Source: a virus | Reading direction: 5' to 3' (one strand) | Length of the DNA: 43,034 nucleotides | Virus record (IMG/VR): IMGVR_UViG_3300035510_000237 | Part shown: piece by piece, positions 23,126 through 32,483 of the stretch | Numbering within the stretch: position 1 is the first letter of the stretch | How the letters are laid out: each line of letters begins with the position of its first letter | Position numbers and translations under genes: made by a program | Notes under the pieces: generated by a model | What the model saw: only the letters and a program-made list of their open reading frames with translations | The model's database searches: none | Told to the model about the DNA's origin: nothing

Positions 23126-24733
23126 TTATTTTAAATCTTTCGCAACTTCCATAGCAGCTCTAACCCAAGCTGGAGTAGATTCATCCTCAGCAAGATTACC
23201 TAAATTATAAGTAGTAGGTGCTGCAGACTTAGAATCTTCATCCTGGCTAAAGCTTACCTTATTGCGGACGCAAATAATAGATAATTTAGCTTCAATATCC
23301 TCTAAAGAATAATTATCAATATTATTGACAACATCAGCTTTATCTTCATCAGAAAGCATATAGAAACTATTAATCATCTCTTGCTTTTGGTCTCTCTCGA
23401 CCTTATTACGGAACTGAATAAGAGGCTCAAGCTTATTATTAAGCTCCTCCTTCTCTGCGAGAAGAGTGTTATATTTACTCTCTAATTCAGAATATTTATT
23501 TACTAAATCAGTATAGTCAGGAATATCATTTAAATTAAGATTCTCAACTTCAACATATTTATCGACAGTTGATGTATCTGCGCAACTATACTTCTTTTTC
23601 TTCTTCTTAGAGTCGTCCTCTTCATCTTCCTCTGCGGGCTTCTCTTCCTCATCCTTATCATTAGACTTGGAATCATCAGAAGGCTTTTCCTCTTTATTAG
23701 AATCCTCTTCTGTTTTATCCTCAGTTTTCTCTGATTCATCTTCGTCTTTTTTGTCCTTAGACTTTTTATATTCAGACTCAAAGGCTTGGATGCCTTCAGG
23801 AGAGAATTGAGGAGTTTCAACACTATAATCCTCCACAGCAGTAAGCTCCGCCGCAAACTCAATAGCATCCCCATTAACAGAGAAATCCAAACGTGAGAAC
23901 TCTCCATTGGTATTCTTTAAGATGGCATATTTCTGGCCTTCATCCTCAAATATCCCATCAATAGAATAAACTCCTGGATAAGTCTCATCAATATGGCTAT
24001 ATAAAGCAGACCACAAAGTATCGCCAACTTTAACAGAATAAGTATTAAACACTTGTGTCCCTCCTTCTTTTAATAATTCTTTTAATTCATTCATCATTGA
24101 GAACAGCTAATTCTTAAAACCTTCATCAAATGAGAATTGAACATTTGAAATAGTAGAACCTTCAAAGCAAGGTTCACAATCTTCGCCTAATATACATAAT
24201 TTTGATATTATCGCTTCATTAATTATAAAAAATTGCGGATTTCCATTATTATCTTCTGACCAATACGCATCAATATTTTTATCATCAAGTTCCATTGATT
24301 GGTTATTGCCATGTTCAACAATTCTTGCGCACTCAGGATATTGACCAGTCCAAAGATAACCTTCAGTCATTAGATACTCATGCTCATAAACGCCATCGTC
24401 TAAAAACTTCTAAAACCAAACTTTTGCATCCATACTAACAAATCCATAAGGACGAGTAGTATCTTTAATTTCAAATTTACCATTAGAAATGTCAATTACA
24501 CGATTATGCTCTTCAAAATCCTCTTTAGATTCGTTATAATACCCAACTATGGGAGAACCAGGAAGAGAATTAGCCATATCACGCGCAACCTCTTTAGTAA
24601 TAATACTTCCATTCCTATTAGGCTCGTCGCCAACATAACAAACCTTGATTTCACATTTGGAAATCAAAGGGTTAAGAGGGACGATATTAATAGGTTCGCA
24701 AGGAACCTCTAACTTTACACTAGTGTGTTTCAA
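23126..24733 (-). CDS. Capsid maturation protease-like N-domain fused to an acidic coiled-coil scaffolding C-domain, 535 aa, with 2 internal TAG.
   Basis: Track ORFs 24410..24733, 24107..24370 and 23126..24097 share one frame and are separated only by TAG. The C-terminus has a DE/K-rich linker and a coiled coil (..KYNTLLAEKEELNNKLEPLIQFRNKVERDQKQEMINSFYMLSDEDKADVVNNIDNYSLEDIEAKLSII..), typical of phage scaffold proteins. The N-domain function is inferred and uncertain. Confidence 0.5.
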
Positions 24734-24746
24734 AATATTTACCCCC

Positions 24747-26342
24747 TTAACTCATTGATTCACGATTCTATAATGTCTTTTCGCTCTTTTCATTATCTTC
24801 TTTTTCAGGGCGACCAACTTCATTGTCGCTAGAGCCACTAGAAGATTTACTCTAACGGCTAGCTTTAAGCGCAGTTACATTTTCAGCACTCATAACAGAC
24901 GACTGTAAAGGTGGCACCATGAGTTCGCTAAGATTAAGAACTTCATTCTCAAAATAAGCGGTATGAAGAATAGAACTCTAAGAATGTCCTAATGCAACCT
25001 GCGGAAGCATCATAGAGAAGCCAATCTAAGAATCTTCTTTATACATCTTAGCCAAAGTTTGATAATTATACTGAGTGGTTTCCATCATACAAAATCTAAA
25101 ACCATATTTTTTTCTATTAGCACATTTTGATTGTACTACCTTATCCAGAAATGCACTAAGCTAGAACAGCAATGTGCGCATTGTGGATTCATCAGCTAAA
25201 ATAGAATTAGTAAGCGCAATATTTCCATCGGCATTAAATATATCTTTAGATATACCAAGAGAATTATAAACTGTACGCTCCACTCTCTCCAAATCATCTG
25301 TAGTAGTACTAGTATTATCATCAGCCATATCTTCAACTTGAATGTCCGCAAATGTCGTTAAAACATCAACGCCAATAGCATGACTTAACATTTCAACTGC
25401 ATTATTATGAATATCAGTTGCTTCGTCAACGTCAAAAATTAAATCGCCATTCTTATCAAGAGGCAGTTTCTGAATAACAATCTTTAATAACTGCTACATC
25501 TACTTGCGGCGATCTAGGTCTTGTGCGGCATCCAAATCTAGAATAGCAGGAATCGCATTAATAAATAAAGGAGCATCATGATTATTAAAACTAAACTTGA
25601 CCGCAGTTCCTGGGTCTAATGTATACCAACTGCCATAAGTCTCACTTATAGTATCTGCAGGGAGTTTATGAGTTTTATATAATCTATATCCTTTTTGAAA
25701 ATCTGCTGGGAACATACCTAAAATTTTTGTTCGATATGTTAAATCGGGGAATTGTTCATCAAAGAATTTCATATTAAAATCTACAACAGGCTAATCCCCA
25801 ACATTAAATAAAGAACGACAATAATTAGCTGGAAGCTATTGTAAAACTAGACTATCAGAAGAATCAATTATATAGCCATAATAAGCGCCACTGCGAATAA
25901 CTTCCAATGAAATATCACCCGCAAGTTTCTTAATATGAGTGTTATCTAAATAATTTAAAATATTATTCCAGTCTTTTAAAATCTTATCATTATTAGCCGT
26001 ATCATCTAATACTTCTGGATAAATATACCAATCATATCTATATAAAAAAGCATAATAATCACAAGCTGTTTTATAAATACCACTGGTATTATAAAAATAG
26101 TTTGAAATTTCCCGCATAAGTTTAATATCATGGGTTTCAATAGCTTTTAAGATAAATCGTTTATTACCAAACTAATTCTTAGCTTTGCTAAAAGCGCCTA
26201 AATTTAAAACCGCATCTTCAAGAGTTTTTGTGCCAGTTTTAATGCGGCCATACTACACAGCTCCCTCTGGGCCTTCGTATGTTTGGCGTTTACTCATCAT
26301 ATCAAAGCCTTTAGCTCGAATTTCTTCCTATCTATTTCTCAA
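24747..26342 (-). CDS. Portal protein, ~530 aa, TAG-recoded (about 13 TAG).
   Basis: GGGGGTG RBS then TTG at ~26340-26342. One frame is open to the TAA at 24747-24749 and contains track ORFs 25836..26117, 25500..25772 and 25161..25391. Its position between TerL and the scaffold gene, and the motif ..ISNYFYNTSGIYKTACDYYAFLYRYDWYIYPE.., are portal-like. Confidence 0.55.
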
Positions 26343-26357
26343 TAACTTTCACCCCCT

Positions 26358-26713
26358 TAATATCCAGCCTTCTCCATAATATAATCATATGATATTAAGT
26401 TTTCTTCGGTATAAGGGATTTCTATTAATTTAAAATCATGAAGTGCACAAAAACGCTTCTTCTTATTATCATTAAACTATTGTTGATAGAAACCTTTCTT
26501 ACCACCATACTTAGCACTAGGCTCATAATGTTGTTTACCTTGATATTCAATAATAAAATCTATGTTATTATCATCATCAAAAACAACAAAGTCAAAACGA
26601 AGGGGGCGGCCACTTGAACTCTTTAGCTCAGGAAAAATATATTCCATTCTATATTTTAGCCCAGAACGCTCTAAGATTTCATGGATTTTTCGTTCTCCTC
26701 TACTAGCATCCAT
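26358..26713 (-). CDS. PD-(D/E)xK-like small nuclease (possible homing-endonuclease-like gene) between TerL and portal, ~118 aa, with 1 TAG.
   Basis: GGAGG RBS then ATG at 26713. It reads MDASRGERKIHEILERSGLKYRMEYIFPELKSSSGRPLRFDFVVFDDDNNIDFIIEYQGKQHYEPSAKYGGKKGFYQQ(Q)FNDNKKKRFCALHDFKLIEIPYTEENLISYDYIMEKAGY*. The D..(12)..IEYQGKQH spacing resembles a restriction-endonuclease-fold core. Confidence 0.4.
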
Positions 26714-26796
26714 TCAGTAGCCTCCTTTCTTCTAATTTCTTTCTATATTTTTTATAAAAAATATTCATAATAGCTAAACAATTTTTGTCCTTCTTA

Positions 26797-29700
26797 TTAA
26801 TGAGGAGTATATAATTTCCATTCTTTAGCATTAAATTTCTTTTTCTTTCGTTTACTATCTTCTTCTTGCTTAATATAATACAAGCCATAACATAGCGCAG
26901 AAAATTTATCCTTATGAATACCTTTATTGGCCTATTTAAGAATAATATTAACTCCTTCATTTTCTTCTCGGAGATTAAGCATTTCTTCCTTTAGAATAGA
27001 AGTTAATGAATAAGGAATTAAATATTCCTTCCTCTGTTCTGGAGTCATATTCTATCCAACTTTAGTGCCAAGTAATTTGTTTTTAGCTAATTTATCGTCG
27101 ATTAAAAATTTAATTTTACCGCTATCTATCGCAGTCTATACAGTTGTATAAGCTTCTGTATTAATTGGCGCATTTGCTTTCATAATATAAACAGCATTAT
27201 CTTCTGTATCATCAGTGCGATATTTCTTATAATACTGCGCCGCATCTGCTTGCGTACCACCATATACTCCAAATGGAGGGTAATAATCACCAGTGGCTTT
27301 GTCCGTCTAAGATATTACCATGTCATCTATTAAGCCACCGCCAATACCATTACCATCAATGACAACCCTGCGGGCTTTATATTTATAAAATAATTTCTTT
27401 ATCATTATGGCCTAATCCTAGAAATGAGCATCTTCAAGAGTATAAATATTAACTAGATTCTTTATAGAATCTCCTTTGCTCTAAGGCCGCACTTTAAATA
27501 CACATATTACTGTTTGACATCCTTTACGTCCAACATCAACAGATAATATATAATATGCTTGCTCAGAAGAACGTCTTGAATATTCATTTTCAGGTTTCTC
27601 CAAGCTTCTATTTCTATCAAAATGCTCACCATCAAAGAAAGCATCTTCAACAGTACCTGACCAAACACTTTCATACTCACGGCCAAATGATGCTTCATTA
27701 AAGGTGGGGTCTTTCTTTAAGTCATTAATAAAGTTTTTAGACTAAAGGCCAGCAACTACTGGAATTCGCCAAGTTCCGCCCATGATATAAGCTTTGTCAG
27801 GCTAAATAATCATCTGGACGAGAGTCTAAATTAATTTCTCATAACTATATGTATTTTTATATCCAGCAGTAGTAATATAAAGCTGTGATTGATTTAAAAC
27901 TTCATCTTCTTGTGTTGTTCCATCAAGGCATTGGCGAGAAACGTTCATCAGAGGAATAATAACCTACTGAAGCATATCTTGGTCAACGCCAACACATTCC
28001 TCTATCAGACCGGCATGTTTACGAAGTCCACGAGAACTCTCTCTAGCTGCAACATTCTCTATATCTGAACCATTCTTGAATATAATCTTACATTTATCTT
28101 TGCCCATTTGGGTCTAGCCGCGACGCCAATCTATTTCTCGTTTAAATGCCGGAATTTTAGCGCAAATATCATTAACCTTTTCTTGAAGGATTTGAGCTGC
28201 CTGTTCTTTACCACCAGCAGTTGAGAATAAATGCGCGCCAGGATATAGAATACAACGAATCATCAAAGTTAGCACAGCGAGGAATGATTTCGAATCTTTA
28301 TATTCTAATAAATTCGCAAAATTTATTACGTTCAATTATGAACAGCTTATAGTTTCCTATAAGAATAGACTATATCACACTTTATTGTTATATAATAAAG
28401 TCCTCCTTTTTCGATTTAAGGGGTTCTCACCCACCGCATTAGCTTCGGCCCTACTCCTATTGCCTCTATTTTTATTCCGAGGAGGCTTATTTCAGGATAG
28501 TCGTTGAAGTTTATAAAATTATAGATATTTAAAAATGAATCCGCCATGAGACTTATATCTAATTTGTCTGCACACTTTAGAAATTACACTAGCATCTAAA
28601 CCTAATTGTTTAGCAGCTTCTCTAGCAGAAGGAAATTCTTTTATAAATTGTCCATCTAAAGTATACTATCCAACTCTTTTTGCATTCTAATTAGTTTTAG
28701 TTTCATATAAAGCAGCTCTAACATTTTCAGAAAGAGTAATTTTTCTTAGATTATTAAAATCATTATTTAATTTATTTCCATCAATATGGTCTATTACCTC
28801 ATTTTCTTTAATATTAAAATCATCTGCAAAAACACTATATACTAATTTGTGAATCATAATATCTTTTTTTACACCATTCTAACACAACGTAGCTTTATAA
28901 TAACCACAAGTTATCACTTGCTATAAAATATTATTTGTTTTGATATTATGTATTCTGCCTTTATTAGAAATTCTATAATTAGAATACTCTGGAATTTCTT
29001 TCCATTCTTCACCTATCTAATCGCCATCATATTTAACAAATTTTCTTCGTTCTTTATTGTTCTATGAGTGCCATTTTTTAGTATTTTCAGAATAGCTAAC
29101 CCATTCTAAATTTGTTACACTATTATTTAATTTATTTCCATCAATATGATTAACGACTGGTAGATTATTTGGGTTAGGAAGGAAATGCTCTGCTACCAAA
29201 CGGTGAGCATAAAACATTTTCTTTTTTCCATTTTTAGATAAACGATAATATTTATAGCCATGTTCGCCAATACTGCCTTTTAACATTTTCTAAGTAGTAT
29301 TATTATAAATATCACCATTATCATATATAATATAATTCTCATAATCTTTAATATTCGTTTTCATTTTCAAACCTCCATAATAATATCTTACCTGCGGATT
29401 TTCTTGTTCAATATATTATGAATTTAGAATCCCCGCAATTTAAGAGGTTTGTCCACAGAGATTATCTTAAAAATCTCTGGTTGGCGCAATTCAATTTACG
29501 CTCTCGGATACACAACATATACATACTTGTATCGCATAGCTACCCTTAAAAATACTCTCTAGTAAAAAAATAAGCTAAATGTTATTTTAATTTCTTTACC
29601 TTCAGAATTTTTAAAACATTTATTTCCTGCTTCATTAATATAAACAGGATAGCCACCTGACTACATAAAATCAACAAATAAATCAGGATACTCTCTCCAA

Positions 29701-29807
29701 AAAGCCACATAGGAACGAAGAGCTGGGATAATAGGCTTAATGCGCTCTTCTGAAATACCTATCTTCTTTTTATCAGTGGAAATATCTAATAGGTCTGCTA
29801 AAGCCAT
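26797..29807 (-). CDS. terL: Terminase large subunit. join(29498..29807, 26797..28295), interrupted by a 1.2-kb group I intron. TAG-recoded.
   Basis: Exon 1 reads MALADLLDISTDKKKIGISEERIKPIIPALRSYVAFWREYPDLFVDFM(Q)SGGYPVYINEAGNKCFKNSEGKEIKITFSLFFY(Q)RVFLRVAMRYKYVYVVYPRA|. Exon 2 reads YSKSFLAVLTLMIRCILYPGAHLFSTAGGKEQAAQILQEKVNDICAKIPAFKREIDWRRG(Q)TQMGKDKCKIIFKNGSDIENVAARESSRGLRKHAGLIEECVGVDQDMLQ(Q)VIIPLMNVSRQCLDGTTQEDEVLNQSQLYITTAGYKNTYSYEKLI(Q)TLVQMII(Q)PDKAYIMGGTWRIPVVAGL(Q)SKNFINDLKKDPTFNEASFGREYESVWSGTVEDAFFDGEHFDRNRSLEKPENEYSRRSSEQAYYILSVDVGRKGCQTVICVFKV... Splicing reconstitutes the ATPase P-loop ..VYPRA|YSKSFL.. and a C-terminal nuclease domain, ending at TAA at 26797-26799. The TAA of the upstream gene overlaps the TerL ATG (TTAATGG). 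Confidence 0.7.
28296..29497 (-). other. Group I intron in terL carrying a tandem HNH homing endonuclease ORF.
   Basis: Minus-strand reading finds P-like AAATTGCGGGGAT (revcomp of ~29425-29437) and Q-like AATCCGCAGG (revcomp of ~29388-29397) 5' of the ORF. 3' of the ORF are R CTTCAACGACTA (revcomp of 28501-28512) and S-like GATATAGTCT (revcomp of ~28366-28379). The exon junction restores the TerL P-loop in frame. Shared motifs (TTCAACGACTATCC, AGGAGTAG, AATCGAAAAAG) with the TMP intron indicate related IA-type introns. Confidence 0.65.
28519..29364 (-). CDS. Intron-encoded tandem HNH homing endonuclease: two complete NUMOD4/HNH_3-type modules in one frame, joined through TAG codons, ~282 aa if fused.
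   Basis: GGAGG RBS then ATG at 29362-29364. Module 1 reads MKTNIKDYENYIIYDNGDIYNNTT(Q)KMLKGSIGEHGYKYYRLSKNGKKKMFYAHRLVAEHFLPNPNNLPVVNHIDGNKLNNSVTNLEWVSYSENTKKWHS and ends at a TAG (29062-29064). The frame continues as (Q)NNKERRKFVKYDGD(Q)IGEEWKEIPEYSNYRISNKGRIHNIKTNNIL(Q)QVITCGYYKATLC(Q)NGVKKDIMIHKLVYSVFADDFNIKENEVIDHIDGNKLNNDFNNLRKITLSENVRAALYETKTN(Q)NAKRVG(Q)YTLDGQFIKEFPSAREAAKQLGLDASVISKVCRQIRYKSHGGFIFKYL* with TAA at 28519-28521. The repeated HIDGNKLNN motif and the C-terminal QYTLDGQFIKEF DNA-binding motif are typical of phage HNH homing endonucleases. TAG falls at positions where Q is typical (VYQYDLDG). Confidence 0.65.
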
Positions 29808-31039
29808 TAATTATTGTCCTAATCCTTATAAACTTTTTCGGCCTATCTTTCCCAATCTTCTTCAAATTCTGAAAATTCTTCAAAGTCACTATCTTCAATT
29901 ATATTTTTACTATCATAATCAAACAGAGCATCTTCCGCCTTATCTTCCATTCCTTCAGCATAAACGCTAGCATCTTTAATAGCAGCTTTTTCATCCTCGA
30001 TAGCCTTGACCGCATTTTCAATTAAATTGCCTAAACCTAATTCGCCAGTAACCAACTCTTTAACATAAATCTAATTGTCTTGGATTACTCTATCAGCTTT
30101 ATCATTAGGCTATTCAATATAATATCTAGGAATAAATCCTTCTTTTTCACAAAGTGCGACAATCTCTCCAATAGAATCAAAAGCATCATTTTCTTCAGCT
30201 TTATTCTAGGCAGCTGTCCATTTGCCAGATTTCATTAAATTTTCATAAACTTTTGCCATCTTTTGAGCGCCATCAATATCGCCCAAATCCAATAGCTAAT
30301 TAGCTTTTAAACTAGCTTTACACGCAAGCTTTAAAGTGTTAATATCACCGGCCGCAGTTATATCGTAAGAAGCCATCATTTCCTAGAAAAGCTTTTCTAA
30401 TTCAACCCATTCCGCAGGTTTATATGCTTTGCCCCATTTAATTCTTAAAGCAAGTTTATCTTCGTCAGTTAAATCTCCTGCGATGTCTTCATCGCTAAAT
30501 CCATTCTACGAATCAAAATAATCCATTTGCTAATAATCATCTTGCTCTGGTAATGCTTCATGCTTGGGTTCTACAAATCCTTCTTCAGGAATTACAATTT
30601 TATTTTCTTTTAAAGCCTAATCAATTTCAGCAGCACCAAAACCTTGACGCTTCATAGCTTGTTCAATTTTATTATCAGAAATCTTCTATAAATATTCAGT
30701 ATCTGACCAACGATAATCTCTAAATTGTTTAAGTTTCATCTTGGACAAATAACGGCCAATAATAGTTTTACCAGTTACTTTACTTGGATCTTTTCCATAA
30801 GAAGCAAGTAATTTATTCCATTCGTCTGGAATATAAGGGACATCCATTTCTTGTAATATCCATAAGAATGTCTCGGGATTCCAGTTATCTACAAACATTG
30901 TTTGGCAGTCTTTACACTAAGACATTTTCCCATCATTTGGATATTTTTCTAAATTGTTAGAAGTATAAAAGTCGTCCCCACGTTTTGTGCGGTTACATTT
31001 TTCGCAGTAATATAACTTTTTATCAGTTTCGCTGCTCAT
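29807..31039 (-). CDS. Putative terminase small subunit / DNA-packaging protein with an N-terminal C4 zinc ribbon, ~410 aa, TAG-recoded (about 9 TAG).
   Basis: GGAGG RBS then ATG at 31037-31039. It reads MSSETDKKLYYCEKCNRTKRGDDFYTSNNLEKYPNDGKMS(Q)CKDCQTMFVDNWNPETFLWILQEMDVPYIPDEWNKLLASYGKDPSKVTGKTIIGRYLSKMKLKQFRDYRWSDTEYL(Q)KISDNKIEQAMKRQGFGAAEID(Q)ALKENKIVIPEEGFVEPKHEALPEQDDY(Q)QMDYFDS(Q)NGFSDEDIAGDLTDEDKLALRIKWGKAYKPAEWVELEKLF(Q)EMMASYDITAAGDINTLKLACKASLKAN(Q)LLDLGDIDGAQKMAKVYENLMKSGKWTAA(Q)NKAEENDAFDSIGEIVALCEKEGFIPRYYIE(Q)PNDKADRVIQDN(Q)IYVKELVTGELGLGNLIENAVKAIEDEKAAIKDASVYAEGMEDKAEDALFDYDSKNIIEDSDFEEFSEFEEDWER(Q)AEKVYKD(Q)DNN*, contains track ORFs 30686..30898 and 29843..30055, and ends at a TAA overlapping the TerL ATG. 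The function is positional inference only. Confidence 0.35.
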
Positions 31040-31088
31040 AATAAATACCTCCTTCAAAATAAAATAAATAAAGATTTATAGTTCTTAA

Positions 31089-32135
31089 TCCGTTTTGGCC
31101 TTGTTTGTCTTTTGATTGCGGCAAGCTTTACAAATACTATAAAAGCCATCTTTACTTGTTTTATTTTTACTAAAATATTTATTATTAGCTAATTTGATTT
31201 GCCCACATCGACTACATTTTTTATAAGCACCTTTTTCTTTATTCAAATAATGCCAACTTAATAAATTATCTTCGGCCGCAGAAGCAATTAAATTTGGGAT
31301 TTTTTTGCGCCATAAACTAGAAATATATTCAATGCTATGCGTTGTTCCAAATTCTTCTTCTAACAGTTTTTGGATTTCCGCGTTCTATTTTCCATCTATC
31401 TTATATTCAACAATCCGCTTATAAAAAGGATAATCTTCTAAAGCCTAATCACATACTTGCTCGAAGTCATAAACTAAAAACCATAAGTCTCCTTCAAACT
31501 AATCCCAACTATCTTCTTTTAATCTTGAATAATTACATAATATGGCAGAGCAGACTTTTGGATTACATAATGAAATTCCTTTAGGAATGACTCTACCTTC
31601 ATCACTAATTTCAAAATCTTCATCTAACTTTGTATAAATTTTTGAACGAGTAAGCTTATTTGGCACAATAGGACGTCGATAAGCATTTTTAATTACATAC
31701 TAATCTTTGCGCATTTCAATCAATGCTTTTTTAATAGTATAGGCTTGTTTTCCCTCAGTGACCTTTAATTTTGCTTCCCAAACTGTAATAGAGTCGCGCA
31801 ATTGTTTTAGTGGAGGAATTTCTTCAATATCTTTTTTTGTAATGGTTACTTTTGGCTAAAAAATTGTTGTTTTACTATCACTCATTAAACTATAAATACC
31901 ATCTTCGCCATTCTCCAGCTAGGAAACAAGTCCTTCAAAGGAAGTTTCTCGTTTATTAACAGTGGTCATTCGATTCTCTGTTAGTATTTGTTTTTCTTTT
32001 TTCTCCTACTTCTCCATACAAAGAACTAAATAATCTGCTAATATTTCTAAATATTTCTCATTCGGCTCTGGGGTTTCATTTAAAATCTATTGAACTAACT
32101 AATTTCGCTCTTCGGGAGTGCTAAGAGTATAATCT
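31089..32135 (-). CDS. Hypothetical protein with a C-terminal CxxC..CxxC zinc ribbon, ~345 aa, TAG-recoded (about 9 TAG). Possible late regulator or DNA-binding protein. The start is uncertain.
   Basis: One frame is open from ~32135 (GGAGGTG nearby; start codon unresolved, candidates are GTG and an internal ATG) to the TAA at ~31089. It reads ..EPNEKYLEILADYLVLCMEK(Q)EKKEKQILTENRMTTVNKRETSFEGLVS(Q)LENGEDGIYSLMSDSKTTIF(Q)PKVTITKKDIEEIPPLKQLRDSITVWEAKLKVTEGKQAYTIKKALIEMRKD(Q)YVIKNAYRRPIVPNKLTRSKIYTKLDEDFEISDEGRVIPKGISLCNPKVCSAILCNYSRLKEDSWD(Q)FEGDLWFLVYDFEQVCD(Q)ALEDYPFYKRIVEYKIDGK(Q)NAEIQKLLEEEFGTTHSIEYISSLWRKKIPNLIASAAEDNLLSWHYLNKEKGAYKKCSRCGQIKLANNKYFSKNKTSKDGFYSICKACRNQKTNKAKTD*. Confidence 0.35.
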
Positions 32136-32204
32136 AACTTGATTATATATCTCACCTCCATTACTTTTATTATAGCAAAAATTTTGGTCAAAGTCAACTG
32201 TTTT

Positions 32205-32232
32205 TGACAAATAAAAAAATTTTTGGTATAAT
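32205..32232 (+). promoter_or_regulatory. Sigma-A-type early promoter: TTGACA, 16-nt spacer, TATAAT.
   Basis: ttgacaaataaaaaaatttttggtataat lies ~30 nt upstream of the RBS and ATG at 32262. Confidence 0.55.
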
Positions 32233-32261
32233 ATTTTTAGAAAAATGGAAAGGGATAAAGT

Positions 32262-32483
32262 ATGATTTTCTCTATTATTTTAAATATTGTTTTAGCAATC
32301 ATGTTGGTAGGTTTATTTTTATTTGTTAAATATGTTTTGTTAAATTCTGTTTTAATTGATATATATGCAGATGCGGCAGCTCGACAACAAGTTGAAAATA
32401 TATTTCCATGTGATTATTTATTAATAGAAATAGCAACTAATTCTACTACTGATGGTTTTTCTTATGACTTTTCAAAGATATGA
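32262..32483 (+). CDS. Small membrane protein, 73 aa.
   Basis: Track ORF with a hydrophobic N-terminus (IILNIVLAIMLVGLFLFVKYVLL). Promoter and RBS are upstream, and it ends in TGA. Confidence 0.5.
   Translation: MIFSIILNIVLAIMLVGLFLFVKYVLLNSVLIDIYADAAARQQVENIFPCDYLLIEIATNSTTDGFSYDFSKI

Noticed and set aside
23530-23907. The 125-aa minus ORF nested in the scaffold gene.
   Set aside because: It is an alternate frame of the Lys/Glu/Asp-rich low-complexity linker of the scaffold protein, not an independent gene.
27507-27698. Track ORF 27507..27698 (MKHHLAVSMKVFGQ...).
   Set aside because: It is out of frame relative to the conserved TerL exon-2 translation (..EYESVWSGTVEDAFFDGEHFDRNRSL..AYYILSVDVGRKG..).
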